Shown: positions 53,966-64,000 of the stretch, one piece after another
How positions within the stretch are numbered: position 1 is the first letter of the stretch
Layout: each line of letters starts with the position of its first letter
Assembly (NCBI GenBank): GCA_964016885.1
Contig: OZ024745.1
Coordinates: 75,950,001 to 76,014,000 of the forward strand
Direction of reading: 5' to 3'
DNA: 64,000 nt
Source: Eledone cirrhosa
Taxonomy: Eukaryota
Notes under the pieces: generated by a model
What the model was told of the DNA's origin: nothing
What the model saw: the letters and a program-made list of their open reading frames with translations, nothing else
Databases searched by the model: none
Translations under genes and position numbers: made by a program

Positions 53966-54368
53966 CTATTTTATCCTTTTCCTCTTATCTCTTCTCTCTC
54001 TCTCCATATTCGTTTAAATAAACGGTTATTTTTCAATTATTTACATATTCATTTGCATATTCACACATAAGTTTGATAAATCCCTAATATATTTCCACTA
54101 TCCAGTGAATATCCAACTGATAAGGTATGATTTTCATGGGTATGTCTCTATTTATAAAACAAACTTTGTATTTTATCTGCTGAAAGCGTACCAATGTGTC
54201 TTGATACCCTTGAAATACATATAATAAAATAAATATGGTTTTATAAATATAGTTTCCATTTATTTAATATCATTGAATATTTACTCCAGTAAACTGTTGA
54301 GTGCTCTAAATCAGTTATAAACATTTAGATTTGTTGGACTTCCAACAAATTAAATATCCCTTCTACTC
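52459..54368 (+). mobile_element. Inverted partial copy (pseudo-LTR) of the Penelope-like element
   Basis: 52459-54275 is the reverse complement of 49347-51105; ORF 52607-53092 encodes the GIY-YIG domain; ends at (TA)n. Confidence 0.93.
54169..54231 (+). ncRNA. Hammerhead ribozyme copy with mutated core
   Basis: Same fold, but CUGCUGA core and helix III UACAUA. Confidence 0.65.
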
Positions 54369-55082
54369 ATATATATATATATATAATTATATATTTGTGT
54401 ACAGATAATTTTGCATACACAATAACAAAATATAAACAAACCTATTTATTTCACGAGGCTCGATAAGGATAAATATATATCAAATATATATAAGAAGCCT
54501 AGAGCAAATCCCGAGCAACGCCGGGTAGTTCTGCTAGTATATACTAAAGATACTGAAGTAATGATATACTAAAGACACTGAAGTAATGCTAAAGAAAATT
54601 AAATATATTTATGCACTCCAACTAGAACTAGATGCCATATAAAAGAGCATTTTATTCTGTTTGTACAAACAAAGAAGACAAAAAGAAAGCACTGATTTTA
54701 TTTGAGATCTGGATATAACTGTCCGTAGACGTATCATTTTTCCTGCATGAATAAAGAAATATATACACAAACACAGATATTTACAATTTGTTTACCAAGA
54801 AAAGTCATTTTGAAAGCTACAGACTATTTGTAAAATATTGACTTGCAGATTATTACTTTTGTTGGTACATAATTATAAGAACAGAAGTTTATATTTTTGC
54901 TTGGCCATTTGTTTATAAATTATACCAAAATAAAGTATAAAAAAAATCATCTCTTTTGTAAGTATTATCCATAAAAGACCTGAAGACTGAAATCCAAATA
55001 TTTAAACTGTACAAACACTTCACTATTTAGTTGATGGTATGTTTGCATGAATTAAGTGCCTTCTCGTTTTTGATTTCATATA

Positions 55083-55391
55083 CTCTCAGGTCTTGAATAA
55101 TGACCCCCCCCCCCCTCCATTTAATTTTTCAGATTTTTTCCACCACCAACCCACTTTTATCACCCTCTCCCCCACTGCTTATTAAATTTTGCTAATCTAT
55201 TTCTGGCGAAATTTTATTGTAAGTGATTTATATTAATACAGCAGCTGGAGAATCTAATAATTTTATTTTACATTAAAAAAACATCATATATGACAAAAAA
55301 AGAACATTATAAGAAATCCTATATTTACAAATGTACACTATACAATCCCCCCCCCCCACTTACTCCCCCCTCCTTATTTGAGACCCGAGAG
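55083..55391. mobile_element. TA-flanked MITE (Tc1/mariner/pogo-like)
   Basis: TA|CTCTCAGGTCTTGAATAA ... TTATTTGAGACCCGAGAG|TA. Confidence 0.7.
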
Positions 55392-57248
55392 TATATATAT
55401 ATATATATATATATGATACTTATGTGAACAGTATGATGTTGCATGGCAGTGACACATGAGTGGTAAATGAAGAAGACATAAGGAGGCTGGAGAGAAATGA
55501 AGCAAGCATTTATTACTACTGTAACGCTACTTGCTCATTCTTTGATTAACTAACTATTTACTAACCAGTGTGACAACTCTCTCTTTCACACATAGATGTA
55601 AGGAAGAAATTGTTGAATAATTTTTACAAGAACCATAAGAAGCTAAGCAGTTTTAAGAATATCACTAAGAAATAGTAAAAATCTTCACTATGTGCTACAG
55701 ATGAGAAAGATTTTCCACCTGGGAATATTAATGTATATAATAGCAATTGCAAAGGATATTCCAAAGAAATCTCTACTCAGTTAATCCATTACTAAGTTTA
55801 GTTAATATATTTTTGTGCATTAAATTTATAAGGTTCCTAGCAATAATTTATTGTATTTATTATTTGTGTTTATATTGCCCTTTACATTCTGAGTTCAAAT
55901 CTCACTGAGTTTAGCTTTGCCTTTCATCCTTATGGAGTCGATTTAATCGATTTTTCCTTCCCCCCAAATTGCTGACCCTCTGCCTAAAATAGAAACAATT
56001 ATTTGTGTTTATATTTTCCTTCTGTAAGAAGTATTCAATAAGAAATAATGATTACACAATTTTTGTTGTTAGTTGAAAAAAAAAGTTTATTCTTGAGAAG
56101 TTAGTCAAACTGAAACATTATTTTCAATCATCATAGTTTCTATGTCCACCATTTCTACGTTTGCATGGGTTAGTTAAAATTTTTCTGAGGCAGTTTTTCT
56201 ATGGACAAATACACTTCATCATGCCAACGCATACTTTATTTTAAGTATGGTATATATTGTTGATGTTTATCAAACTGTTACACTGCAAAGATGTATTGTT
56301 ATCATTCCTGGTGCTGGAGTAGGATTGAGAATTTACTCTCCAATAAAATAAGACCAAAAACAAATTTTGTTTTTTAAATTTCGGCCAAGCAGTCTGTAAA
56401 ATTGCTTGGCATGCAGATTAAGCTAATTAGCTGATGTATACGTTTGAGAATACTATGTATTCTCAGCAGTTCCTGTGGATAGCAGAGACGAGAGAATACA
56501 CAATCTTGACAAGGATCAAGACACTCTGAAACAATTAACAATTGTCAATTGTCGATTGTTTTCTCTCAGATACCATTGAAAGAAAAGGATGACATCGTCA
56601 TCTCTACCATGTGGCTGTTTGTTTACAAATAAACTGAATATTAATAATATTATTATTTTATTATAATATTATTATTATTCATTCACAAATACTCTTAGGT
56701 ATTCACCATATTAAGAGCGAAAACAAATTTTATTTATATATCATCATCATCATCATCACCGTTTTACGTCCATTAAGAATTTAGGAGATTTTAATAATTA
56801 ATAATATATTTTTTAAATTGTGGCAGTTTATATATTTATTTTTTTAATTTCAATTCTCATCTAGTCATATTTAGATAATAGTAAATGCAAAAATGAATTC
56901 CCCTGGATCATAGCAGATTAGGAAATAACTTATTGATTAGAGTTATAATATAACATATTAATATATAATAAAAAAAAAATAGAGTAAAAATAATTTTTGA
57001 CGAATGTATAGCTGTAGTCAGAAAGGAAGTTTGTTCCACTGAGTTTGTCAGAAAATTTGATTTTCTATTAAATCAACTCAACAGGGGTGCCTAGATTGGA
57101 AGTATGCTAGAAGGCAGGGAGACACAAGGTAACTAGTTGGAGTAACAAGGTTAGATTATGTACACTAATTCTTATCACGTTTAAAATGAAATTTTGGAGT
57201 TACTCATTAAATGTTAAAAAAAATGTATATTTTTTATGGAAATGTATC

Positions 57249-57328
57249 ATGTATGCATGTATGTATGTATGTATGTATGTATGTATGTATGTATGTATGT
57301 ATGTATGTATGTATGTATGTATGTATGT
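57249..57328. repeat. (ATGT)n microsatellite
   Basis: Seen directly; related tracts at 60981-61014 and 62168-62192. Confidence 0.97.
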
Positions 57329-60300
57329 TATTATCTCTTTCTCTTAATTTCGAGTATATTATTTTGACCGGCCACCTTCCTGGTGGCAAGGTTGTAAAAG
57401 AAAAGAAATTGTCATCCCTTGAATCGCAAGAATGTTTTGCAAATTTTGAAGGTGCCAGCTATCGCAGCCATTTGTAGACTATGAACTAGGGAGCTTCGCT
57501 TTTTGTCCGCAAATCCAAGTTCAGTCATACTTTGGTCCAAGCGGGTTGGTATATAACCCATAGCTCCAATAATGATAGGTATGAAGCTAAAGGTGTATCT
57601 TGGATACTGGATTTGTAAACTCCTCATCAATGGTCCGTAGATGTCCTCCTTCTCCTTCTGTATTTTTCTGACAACGTTTACATCAAGTGGGCAGCCGATC
57701 TCCACAACAGAACACGATTTCAATGTGTGGTCCCAAACAACAATATCAGGCCGGTTGTGTTTTAATTTGGTGGCAGTTTTTATTTTCAGGTTCCACCAGT
57801 ATTCCTTAGTGCCATCTGTCTCAATATATTCTTCCTCGTTTGTTGTTAATTTTGTTTTCCGAAGTGCGTTCCAGATGGTTCTAGCTATCTCATCGTGTCT
57901 CATGGGGAGGTAGTAGCGAGATGACATTCTTTCGCAGCTGGCAACAATGTGGCTTACATCCTCGATCTTTGTTTTACATAGCCTACATTTATTGTCAGCT
58001 GCTGGCCCTCCCCTTTTGTGCAGCAGATATTTGGTAGGGAGTTCTTGTTCCTGTATTGCATAGAGATATCCCTCAAGGTGTGATGTCATAAACTTGTCGG
58101 AACTCCATGCCAGGCTTTTTGAGTGGTTTATCCCCTCTATGGTCTGTGTATTAAGTCTCAAGTATCCATGCACAACTTTTTCTGTAAATTGGTCAATTTC
58201 TTTTTCATCTTGTTTGAACATTGAATAGGATCTTCCGATTTCTCTGGGTGAGAGATTTATATCAGGCTTTATTCCATATCTCTCCTCCAGATCAGTCGCT
58301 ATTCTAATGATATTTTTTTTTTCATGCTCATAAACCTGGGCAAGATGGTTGCCAACCTTTTTCCTCTGTTGAAGGTGTTGCTTCAGTGTTACTATCCGGG
58401 TCTCATATGTTGTTAATATGGATTTTAGACTCCGGCCACCTTCCTTGTGTGAGAAGTATAGCCTATCCACATCACCATTGATGTCAAAGTTCCCAGTAAC
58501 ACTGAGAAGTTTGCGAGTTCTAACATCCATCTCACTTAGTTCTTGCAAAGACCAGTTCAGCAGGCCAAATGTTGGTGTTAGAATTGGCATAGCATAAGTA
58601 TTGTGGGCAATGTATTTGTTGTACGCTGACAGTTCTGATGACCATATTTTCTTTACTCTTCTGAGGTATTCAGTTCTGGTTCTCTCCTTATTTATGGGTC
58701 CATCATATCTGACATTCTCATCCTGTCCAAGATATCTGTAGTTGTCACCTGACTGTAGAGGTTGTATTGTCAGGCCGTTCATCTCTAGATTTCTAGAGGA
58801 GGGCACAGCTCTTCCACGTTTTACTGCCAAATATGCACACTTGGACTCACCAAATTTCATTTTGATGTCTGTTGAAAATTGTGTAATGAGGTCCAATTGT
58901 TTCTTGATGTCATTGATATTTGGCCCATACAACTTCAGGTCATCAACAAAGAAAAGATGGGAGATACTTCTGGACCCACTTCTTTGTCCAACTTGTTTCC
59001 TGAGTAGGTAAGATAGTGGATTTAGTGAGAGAATGAAGAGTAGCACTGACAAGCTATCACCCTGAAAGATGCCCTTCTGGTAACGTATCTTATCAGTCTT
59101 AACTTGCTCCTTCTCACCTCTAAGGATCAAATTGGTGTACCAGTTCTTGGTCAGGCGTTGAACAGCAGCTACCAATGGTTGTGGGACTTTGGCTAACTGT
59201 AAAGCCTTAATAATCCACCCATGAGGTACACTATTAAATGCTTTTTGATAGTCCAGCCACACCACAGTCATGTTTCTGCGATTCTTTGTTGTTTTTTCCT
59301 GAATCATTTTATTAGTTAGTAGGTGATCTATGTAACCCCATACCGCCCTCTTTCCACCAGCTTGCTCAGGTGTTATGATGTTGTTGGTAGCACAGTGATC
59401 CTGTAAGAACAGGTTAAGGCACCTAGTATATAATTTATACATGATGTTTTGGCAGGCTATTGGGCGGTAATTTTTAGCAAGGGTGGTTTGGCTATTTTGG
59501 GGAATGAGGAGAGTAGTGGCAGTTGATAACCATCTGGGCAGTTCTTGTGTGCCTTTAATGGTTTCTGTAAACAGCCATATGAGATCTTGCTGATAGAAAG
59601 TGAAAATCTTCAACCAGTATCCTGTAATGAGGTCTGGGCCTGGTGATTTCCTATTCGACATTTTCTGTAGAGCTGTTTCCAGTATTGACCCATCTAGGTC
59701 ATATTGTTTTGTCTGGACATGTTGGCAGTAGTCCTGTTCCAGTTCTTTTAGCCAATTAGTTTGTCTGTTGAATCCGTCATCTGTTGCCCATACAGATCTC
59801 CAGTAGCTCTCAACCTGTTCTTTTGAAGGGGTGTCATTTACAGGGATTGAGCTTTTGCCACCGAAGCTGCGATAAACTGATTTAGGATCTCTGGCAAACA
59901 ATCTATTTAGCACTTGTCGTTTATGTGCTGTTGACTTATATTTTAGTCTTTCTGTTGTAGCTGTGAGTTGTTGTTTCAACTGGTGTAATTTGGAGTTCAA
60001 AGTTTTAAATTTTGTATCTCCAAATCGTCTCTCTAACTTTTTTTTAGGTCTTCTTGGTGTCGTGTGAAGTTGCTCTCTATGTTGCATTTCATAACGACTG
60101 CGATGTGTGAGATACTTCGTCTCAGGGACAAAATTTTGCTTTTTAAATTTCGCATCCACGCTGGTTCAGGCTTTTTGTTTGTATCTTGATTGCATGGTTT
60201 TAGATGTGTGTTATATGATAGCAATGTAACAGCTGAAACATATAACAAAATATTAAGCATTTCAAATGTCGTTTCTACACCTTTAGATCGTATAACCTTC

Positions 60301-60978
60301 AGATAATTGCCAGCTATTTCGTTCACTGCTTCCAATTCCAATTTAGTGGGTTCTTTACTGATTCTGGTGTTGTATGGTCTGTCACTCACATTAAGGCTGT
60401 GTATCTCTTGAAACATATCGTTCCATATCACTTGTAAGGTGTCCACAAGTTTTTGGTGTTCTGTTTGTTCAGTAGAGTCATGAATTTCAGCCTCGTTGTT
60501 GATGTGGTGACAATTACTACTAGAGTTAGCTGACCATTCTCGCTGTTCTTCAGTGGAAGTGGGATGGATTTCAGCAAAATTGTTGGTGAGCTGTTCACTG
60601 TTAGATTTAGCTGGCCATTCTCTTTGTCTGTCAGTGGAGGTGGGGTGGTTGTCTACAAGGGCTGTATTTGTAGTATCACTCAATTCCGTTAGATGTATCA
60701 ATTTACATCTAATGATACGTTTTGCCTGTTCATTTAAATGGGTGTTTGGAGGTCCATAAAGTTTTTAGCCTTTGCATAAAACCGAACATTTGGGGTTCAG
60801 ATTGTTTGTATGCTTCATATAATTCTTTGTTAAGCTCGTAGCTCTACTGTATACAACGGTTGTAGTTGCGATTTGGTCGAAGGAGACTTGTACTTTTTGC
60901 CATGATGAGTTCGTCTATTCACTAATATTTCGTATTTATTTTTCAAAATAGTCGATGATCTTCTTTAAAAGTTTCGAC
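57329..60978 (-). mobile_element. Near full-length R4/Dong-clade non-LTR retrotransposon
   Basis: Single polyprotein from ATG 60903 to stop 57412 with lesions (TAG near 60845, frameshifts near 60730 and 60040). Short 3' UTR ends TAATAA; both ends abut (TACA)n. Confidence 0.9.
57412..60159 (-). CDS. Reverse transcriptase, CCHC knuckle and restriction-like endonuclease (open C-terminal part of the R4/Dong ORF)
   Basis: KSPGPD, NYRPIAC, WLDYQKAF, GIFQGDSLS, FFVDDLKLY, YRYLG, CRLC..HIVASC, RHD, RPDIVVWD..VEIGCP. Confidence 0.9.
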   Translation of the reverse strand: MDAKFKKQNFVPETKYLTHRSRYEMQHREQLHTTPRRPKKKLERRFGDTKFKTLNSKLHQLKQQLTATTERLKYKSTAHKRQVLNRLFARDPKSVYRSFGGKSSIPVNDTPSKEQVESYWRSVWATDDGFNRQTNWLKELEQDYCQHVQTKQYDLDGSILETALQKMSNRKSPGPDLITGYWLKIFTFYQQDLIWLFTETIKGTQELPRWLSTATTLLIPQNSQTTLAKNYRPIACQNIMYKLYTRCLNLFLQDHCATNNIITPEQAGGKRAVWGYIDHLLTNKMIQEKTTKNRRNMTVVWLDYQKAFNSVPHGWIIKALQLAKVPQPLVAAVQRLTKNWYTNLILRGEKEQVKTDKIRYQKGIFQGDSLSVLLFILSLNPLSYLLRKQVGQRSGSRSISHLFFVDDLKLYGPNINDIKKQLDLITQFSTDIKMKFGESKCAYLAVKRGRAVPSSRNLEMNGLTIQPLQSGDNYRYLGQDENVRYDGPINKERTRTEYLRRVKKIWSSELSAYNKYIAHNTYAMPILTPTFGLLNWSLQELSEMDVRTRKLLSVTGNFDINGDVDRLYFSHKEGGRSLKSILTTYETRIVTLKQHLQQRKKVGNHLAQVYEHEKKNIIRIATDLEERYGIKPDINLSPREIGRSYSMFKQDEKEIDQFTEKVVHGYLRLNTQTIEGINHSKSLAWSSDKFMTSHLEGYLYAIQEQELPTKYLLHKRGGPAADNKCRLCKTKIEDVSHIVASCERMSSRYYLPMRHDEIARTIWNALRKTKLTTNEEEYIETDGTKEYWWNLKIKTATKLKHNRPDIVVWDHTLKSCSVVEIGCPLDVNVVRKIQKEKEDIYGPLMRSLQIQYPRYTFSFIPIIIGAMGYIPTRLDQSMTELGFADKKRSSLVHSLQMAAIAGTFKICKTFLRFKG

Positions 60979-61017
60979 ATATGTACGTATGTATGTATGC
61001 ATGCATGTATGTATATA

Positions 61018-62167
61018 AGACATTCTCTTACGGTTCAGAACTACTGGAAAGGTTTTCAACTTAAGAAGGTTTAATGCCACAACAAAAAATTTTCATTTGA
61101 TCAGAGACCTTCTTTATGCTGACGACACTGACTTTCTAGCACACACAGAAGATGACATGCAACACATTATGGTCCATTTCTCATCCATGTGTACAGCATT
61201 TGGACTTACAATCATCCTTAAAAAGACCAAAGCAATGTTTACCCCTGCTCCTAGAGAACCATATACTGAACCCAATATCATGGTCGATGGAACCAAATTG
61301 GGAGTAGTAGATACATTTGTCTACTTGAGTAGCACACAGTCAAATGACGGCTCCTTCAATGCTGAAATACATCTGCACATCCAGAAGGCCTCTGTTGCTT
61401 TTGGAAAATTGGAAAAAAGAGTTTGAGCAAATTGCAACATTACCACCAATACCAAGGTGTGTATGTATAGATCATGTGTTCTGTCCGCTCTATTATACTC
61501 TGCTGAAACCGCAAACATCAAATTGTTTGAGTGCTTTCAGTAGAAATGTCTAAGATGCATATTCAACATCAAGTGGCAAGACAGAACTCCTGACATCAAT
61601 GTCTTTGTCAAAGCAGAATGTCCAAGCATTGAGTCTCAAGTAACATCTTCTCAAATGTGCTGGACAGGACATATCGTCTGCATGAAAGAAAGCAGGATCC
61701 AAAAGCAACTGTTTTACGGTGAGCTCCATCTTGGAAAAAGGCTACAACACAAACCGAAAATGAGGTTCAAGAACAACCTCAAAGAGCTGATATTTGATAT
61801 AGAGAACTGGGAAGAGATAGCTCTAAATAGGACTGAGTGGCACCTAAAGTCATATTAAAGGATAACCACCTGCAACATCACTCAACAAAGACCTGGCGAA
61901 ACAACGTGTGTGATATGCAACAAAGTGTGTAGAACTAGTTCCAAACTAAAAAACACATCATCATCATGTTGGTGCATAAAGATTGTGTCCTACAGGGTGA
62001 CCCCACTGATCCTGTTGAAAACAGAACTCTCTTCTGTTGCCTGTGTCATAAACCATGTAGATCTACAGCTGGCCTACAAAGTCATCTACAAAGTCATGGA
62101 CGCGGATGGGATGACAATGAAGAATCAATAAGAGATGGCAATCGTCTGTGAAGATGCTGCAATCCTC
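61018..62167 (+). mobile_element. 5'-truncated RTE (BovB-like) LINE with C-terminal C2H2-like fingers
   Basis: GKVFNLRRF, RDLLYADD, FGLTIILKKT, KQLFYGEL, CCLCHKPCRSTAGLQSHLQSH; stops present. Confidence 0.88.
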
Positions 62168-63099
62168 ATGTACGTATGTATGTATGCATGTAAAACACTC
62201 AAAGTGGATAGAACTTGTGGAGCAGAAGACACCCACATACCAGGCTCTGCCCAACTGTTTTCTTTCTGTGCTTGTTGCCATCAAGATCTACAATGTCCTC
62301 AGTCTCCAGACTGCCATTTTCCTCTATAAAATTGTGATCTTCTTTTTCCTCTCTTTTTGTTTATTATTTAATTTTTTTTAAATACTTTCATTATTGTATA
62401 CTTCTGTTCTTTAATTTATTCCCCCCGCCCCCCACAACAAACATGTTATATATACTGTATACTACTCCAGTTATTGTTTAGCTCCAGGTCAACCCTGATA
62501 GAGCAGATCTATGATAATGAGCATTCTAACCATGACAATTTCTTCTTTATTTATGGGCGTGAGATGGGCATATGGGACTTCATTATCTAATGTGTGTCCT
62601 CTGAGGGAATTTTGGCTAGCATTTCTATCAAGGAGAACAACCATATAAAAACTCTTCTTAATTCTCTAATGGGTTAAAACTTAGATTCTATACAGGTAAA
62701 GCTTCGATAATCCCCTGAGAACTTTATGAAAGATAAAGCCAACATTAATTGACAAAAGCAAACAGTTAACTTCATAAGCTGTTGTCATTAATTTCTGATG
62801 TGTAAAGTAAATATGGATGAATGTGACACATTTATTGGCATTTTGTTGAATGACTGTATTAAAGATTAAGAACCTGGAAGAAATAATGCCTCATTTTTTT
62901 TGAAAATGGTATTACTTGTTAGTTGTAGCCATAAATCTATATTTGAAATTTGTGTTCATTCTGATCATTATCTCTTGCAGAAATAATGATCAGAATGAAT
63001 CAAGATGGCTTACTTAATAATTTTTAATTTAGGCACAAGACCAACAATTTGGGGTGAGAAGAAGTTGATTTAATCAACTTTATTACCCTCTTCCCATTC

Positions 63100-63290
63100 T
63101 TGTGACACATTCTCCGCCTCCAACTTAGTCACTTCGGTCACAAACCCTGGTACTGTGGCCCACCATGCAGAGGAAAGGAAGACAAACAACATCACCACGT
63201 CCTAGGCCTAGAGTCCATCACCCTCCCTCTTCCTCCTCTGATTCTTCTGTGACCCTAGAGCCCTTGCCCTTCCCTTCATTTTCCATTTTT
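63100..63290 (+). mobile_element. CRE-derived short element, second copy
   Basis: Direct homolog of 44868-45050. Confidence 0.75.
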
Positions 63291-63519
63291 AAATATCTGT
63301 AGTATTGTTGTTACTTGAAATAGATTTGTTTATGATTTTTTTGATTTTTATTAATAAAACATAGTTACGTACTTGATTGATACTATATTTTATTGACCTC
63401 CAGAAGGGTAAAAGGTAAAGTTGAGCTGGGTAGGATATAAACTCAGCACATAAAGAACCATAACTAAATGCTATGAGGTATTTTCTCTAATACTCTAAGG
63501 ATTCTATCAATACACCACA

Positions 63520-64000
63520 ATTCTATTCTAGGGCGGGTAAAATTCCCGAGATCCATGGACGAGTTCTCTCCAGCGGTCTCTGTCCTTCATTATCGCTGCC
63601 ATGTCCTGCATCTCCAACAGACCAGTGTCTGTCCTTAGGGCATCAACATACATTAACCTTGGTCTTCCTCTTCCAGTGTGTCCATGTAGGGGCTCCCACA
63701 GGAGCACTGAGTGCAATGTCAACTCTGGTGAGCATGTCCAGCTAACCTCAGTCTCCTCTGTGTCACTTTTGAGCTGACTTTTGGGAGGCTCCCATACAGC
63801 CCTGAATTTTTTATCCTCAGTGTATACTGATTAATGTTCAGAGCCATCCTCAGCATTCTCGTGTAGCACCCATCCACCATCTGAGTGAGTTTCTTGGTCA
63901 GTGTCCAAGTCTCAGACCCATACAGAAGCACAGACTCCACTACAGAAATGAAGAGGCGGATTTTCAGGTCTTTACGAAGGTCCAACTTCCACACCGATCT
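63520..64000 (-). mobile_element. 3' end of an RTE-type LINE (runs off the window)
   Basis: VESVLLYGSETWTL, YTRMLRMALNI, RRLRLAGH, GRGRPRL. Confidence 0.88.

Larger units (their letters stand above)
48871..54537 (+). mobile_element. Non-autonomous Helitron inserted in the satellite
   Basis: A|TCTATATATC 5' end; CCCGAGCAACGCCGGG hairpin at 54510-54525 then CTGCTAG|T; no TSD; the satellite continues afterwards. Confidence 0.92.

Noticed and set aside
44714-62677. TTAACCC...GGGTTAA as ends of an 18-kb piggyBac element
   Set aside because: Similarity is only about 12 bp, such ends recur independently in the window, and there is no transposase.

Overview
AT-rich, repeat-dense animal genomic DNA. 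Its SINE and RTE families resemble those I associate with octopod cephalopods; that assignment is recalled pattern recognition, not a search result. Two spliced host genes lie head to head. One is a minimal 104-aa ZNF474-like C2HC zinc-finger gene (minus strand, coding exons 9621-9447 and 4758-4619). The other is a six-coding-exon cell death regulator Aven gene (plus strand, 18290-26833, 329 aa). The rest is a layered transposon landscape: a decayed Buster/Charlie-type hAT element, several MITEs, at least six CRE-clade retrotransposon fragments, nested non-autonomous Helitrons, RTE and L1/Tx1 LINE remnants, two SINE families, and a near full-length R4/Dong retrotransposon in a (TACA)n microsatellite. 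The most structured locus is 45.2-54.6 kb. There a 25-bp satellite is interrupted by a Helitron, whose (TA)n tract holds a Penelope-like element. That element has about 1.8-kb inverted arms, each ending in a hammerhead ribozyme motif (one intact, one core-mutated). No CRISPR, rRNA or true tRNA genes are seen.
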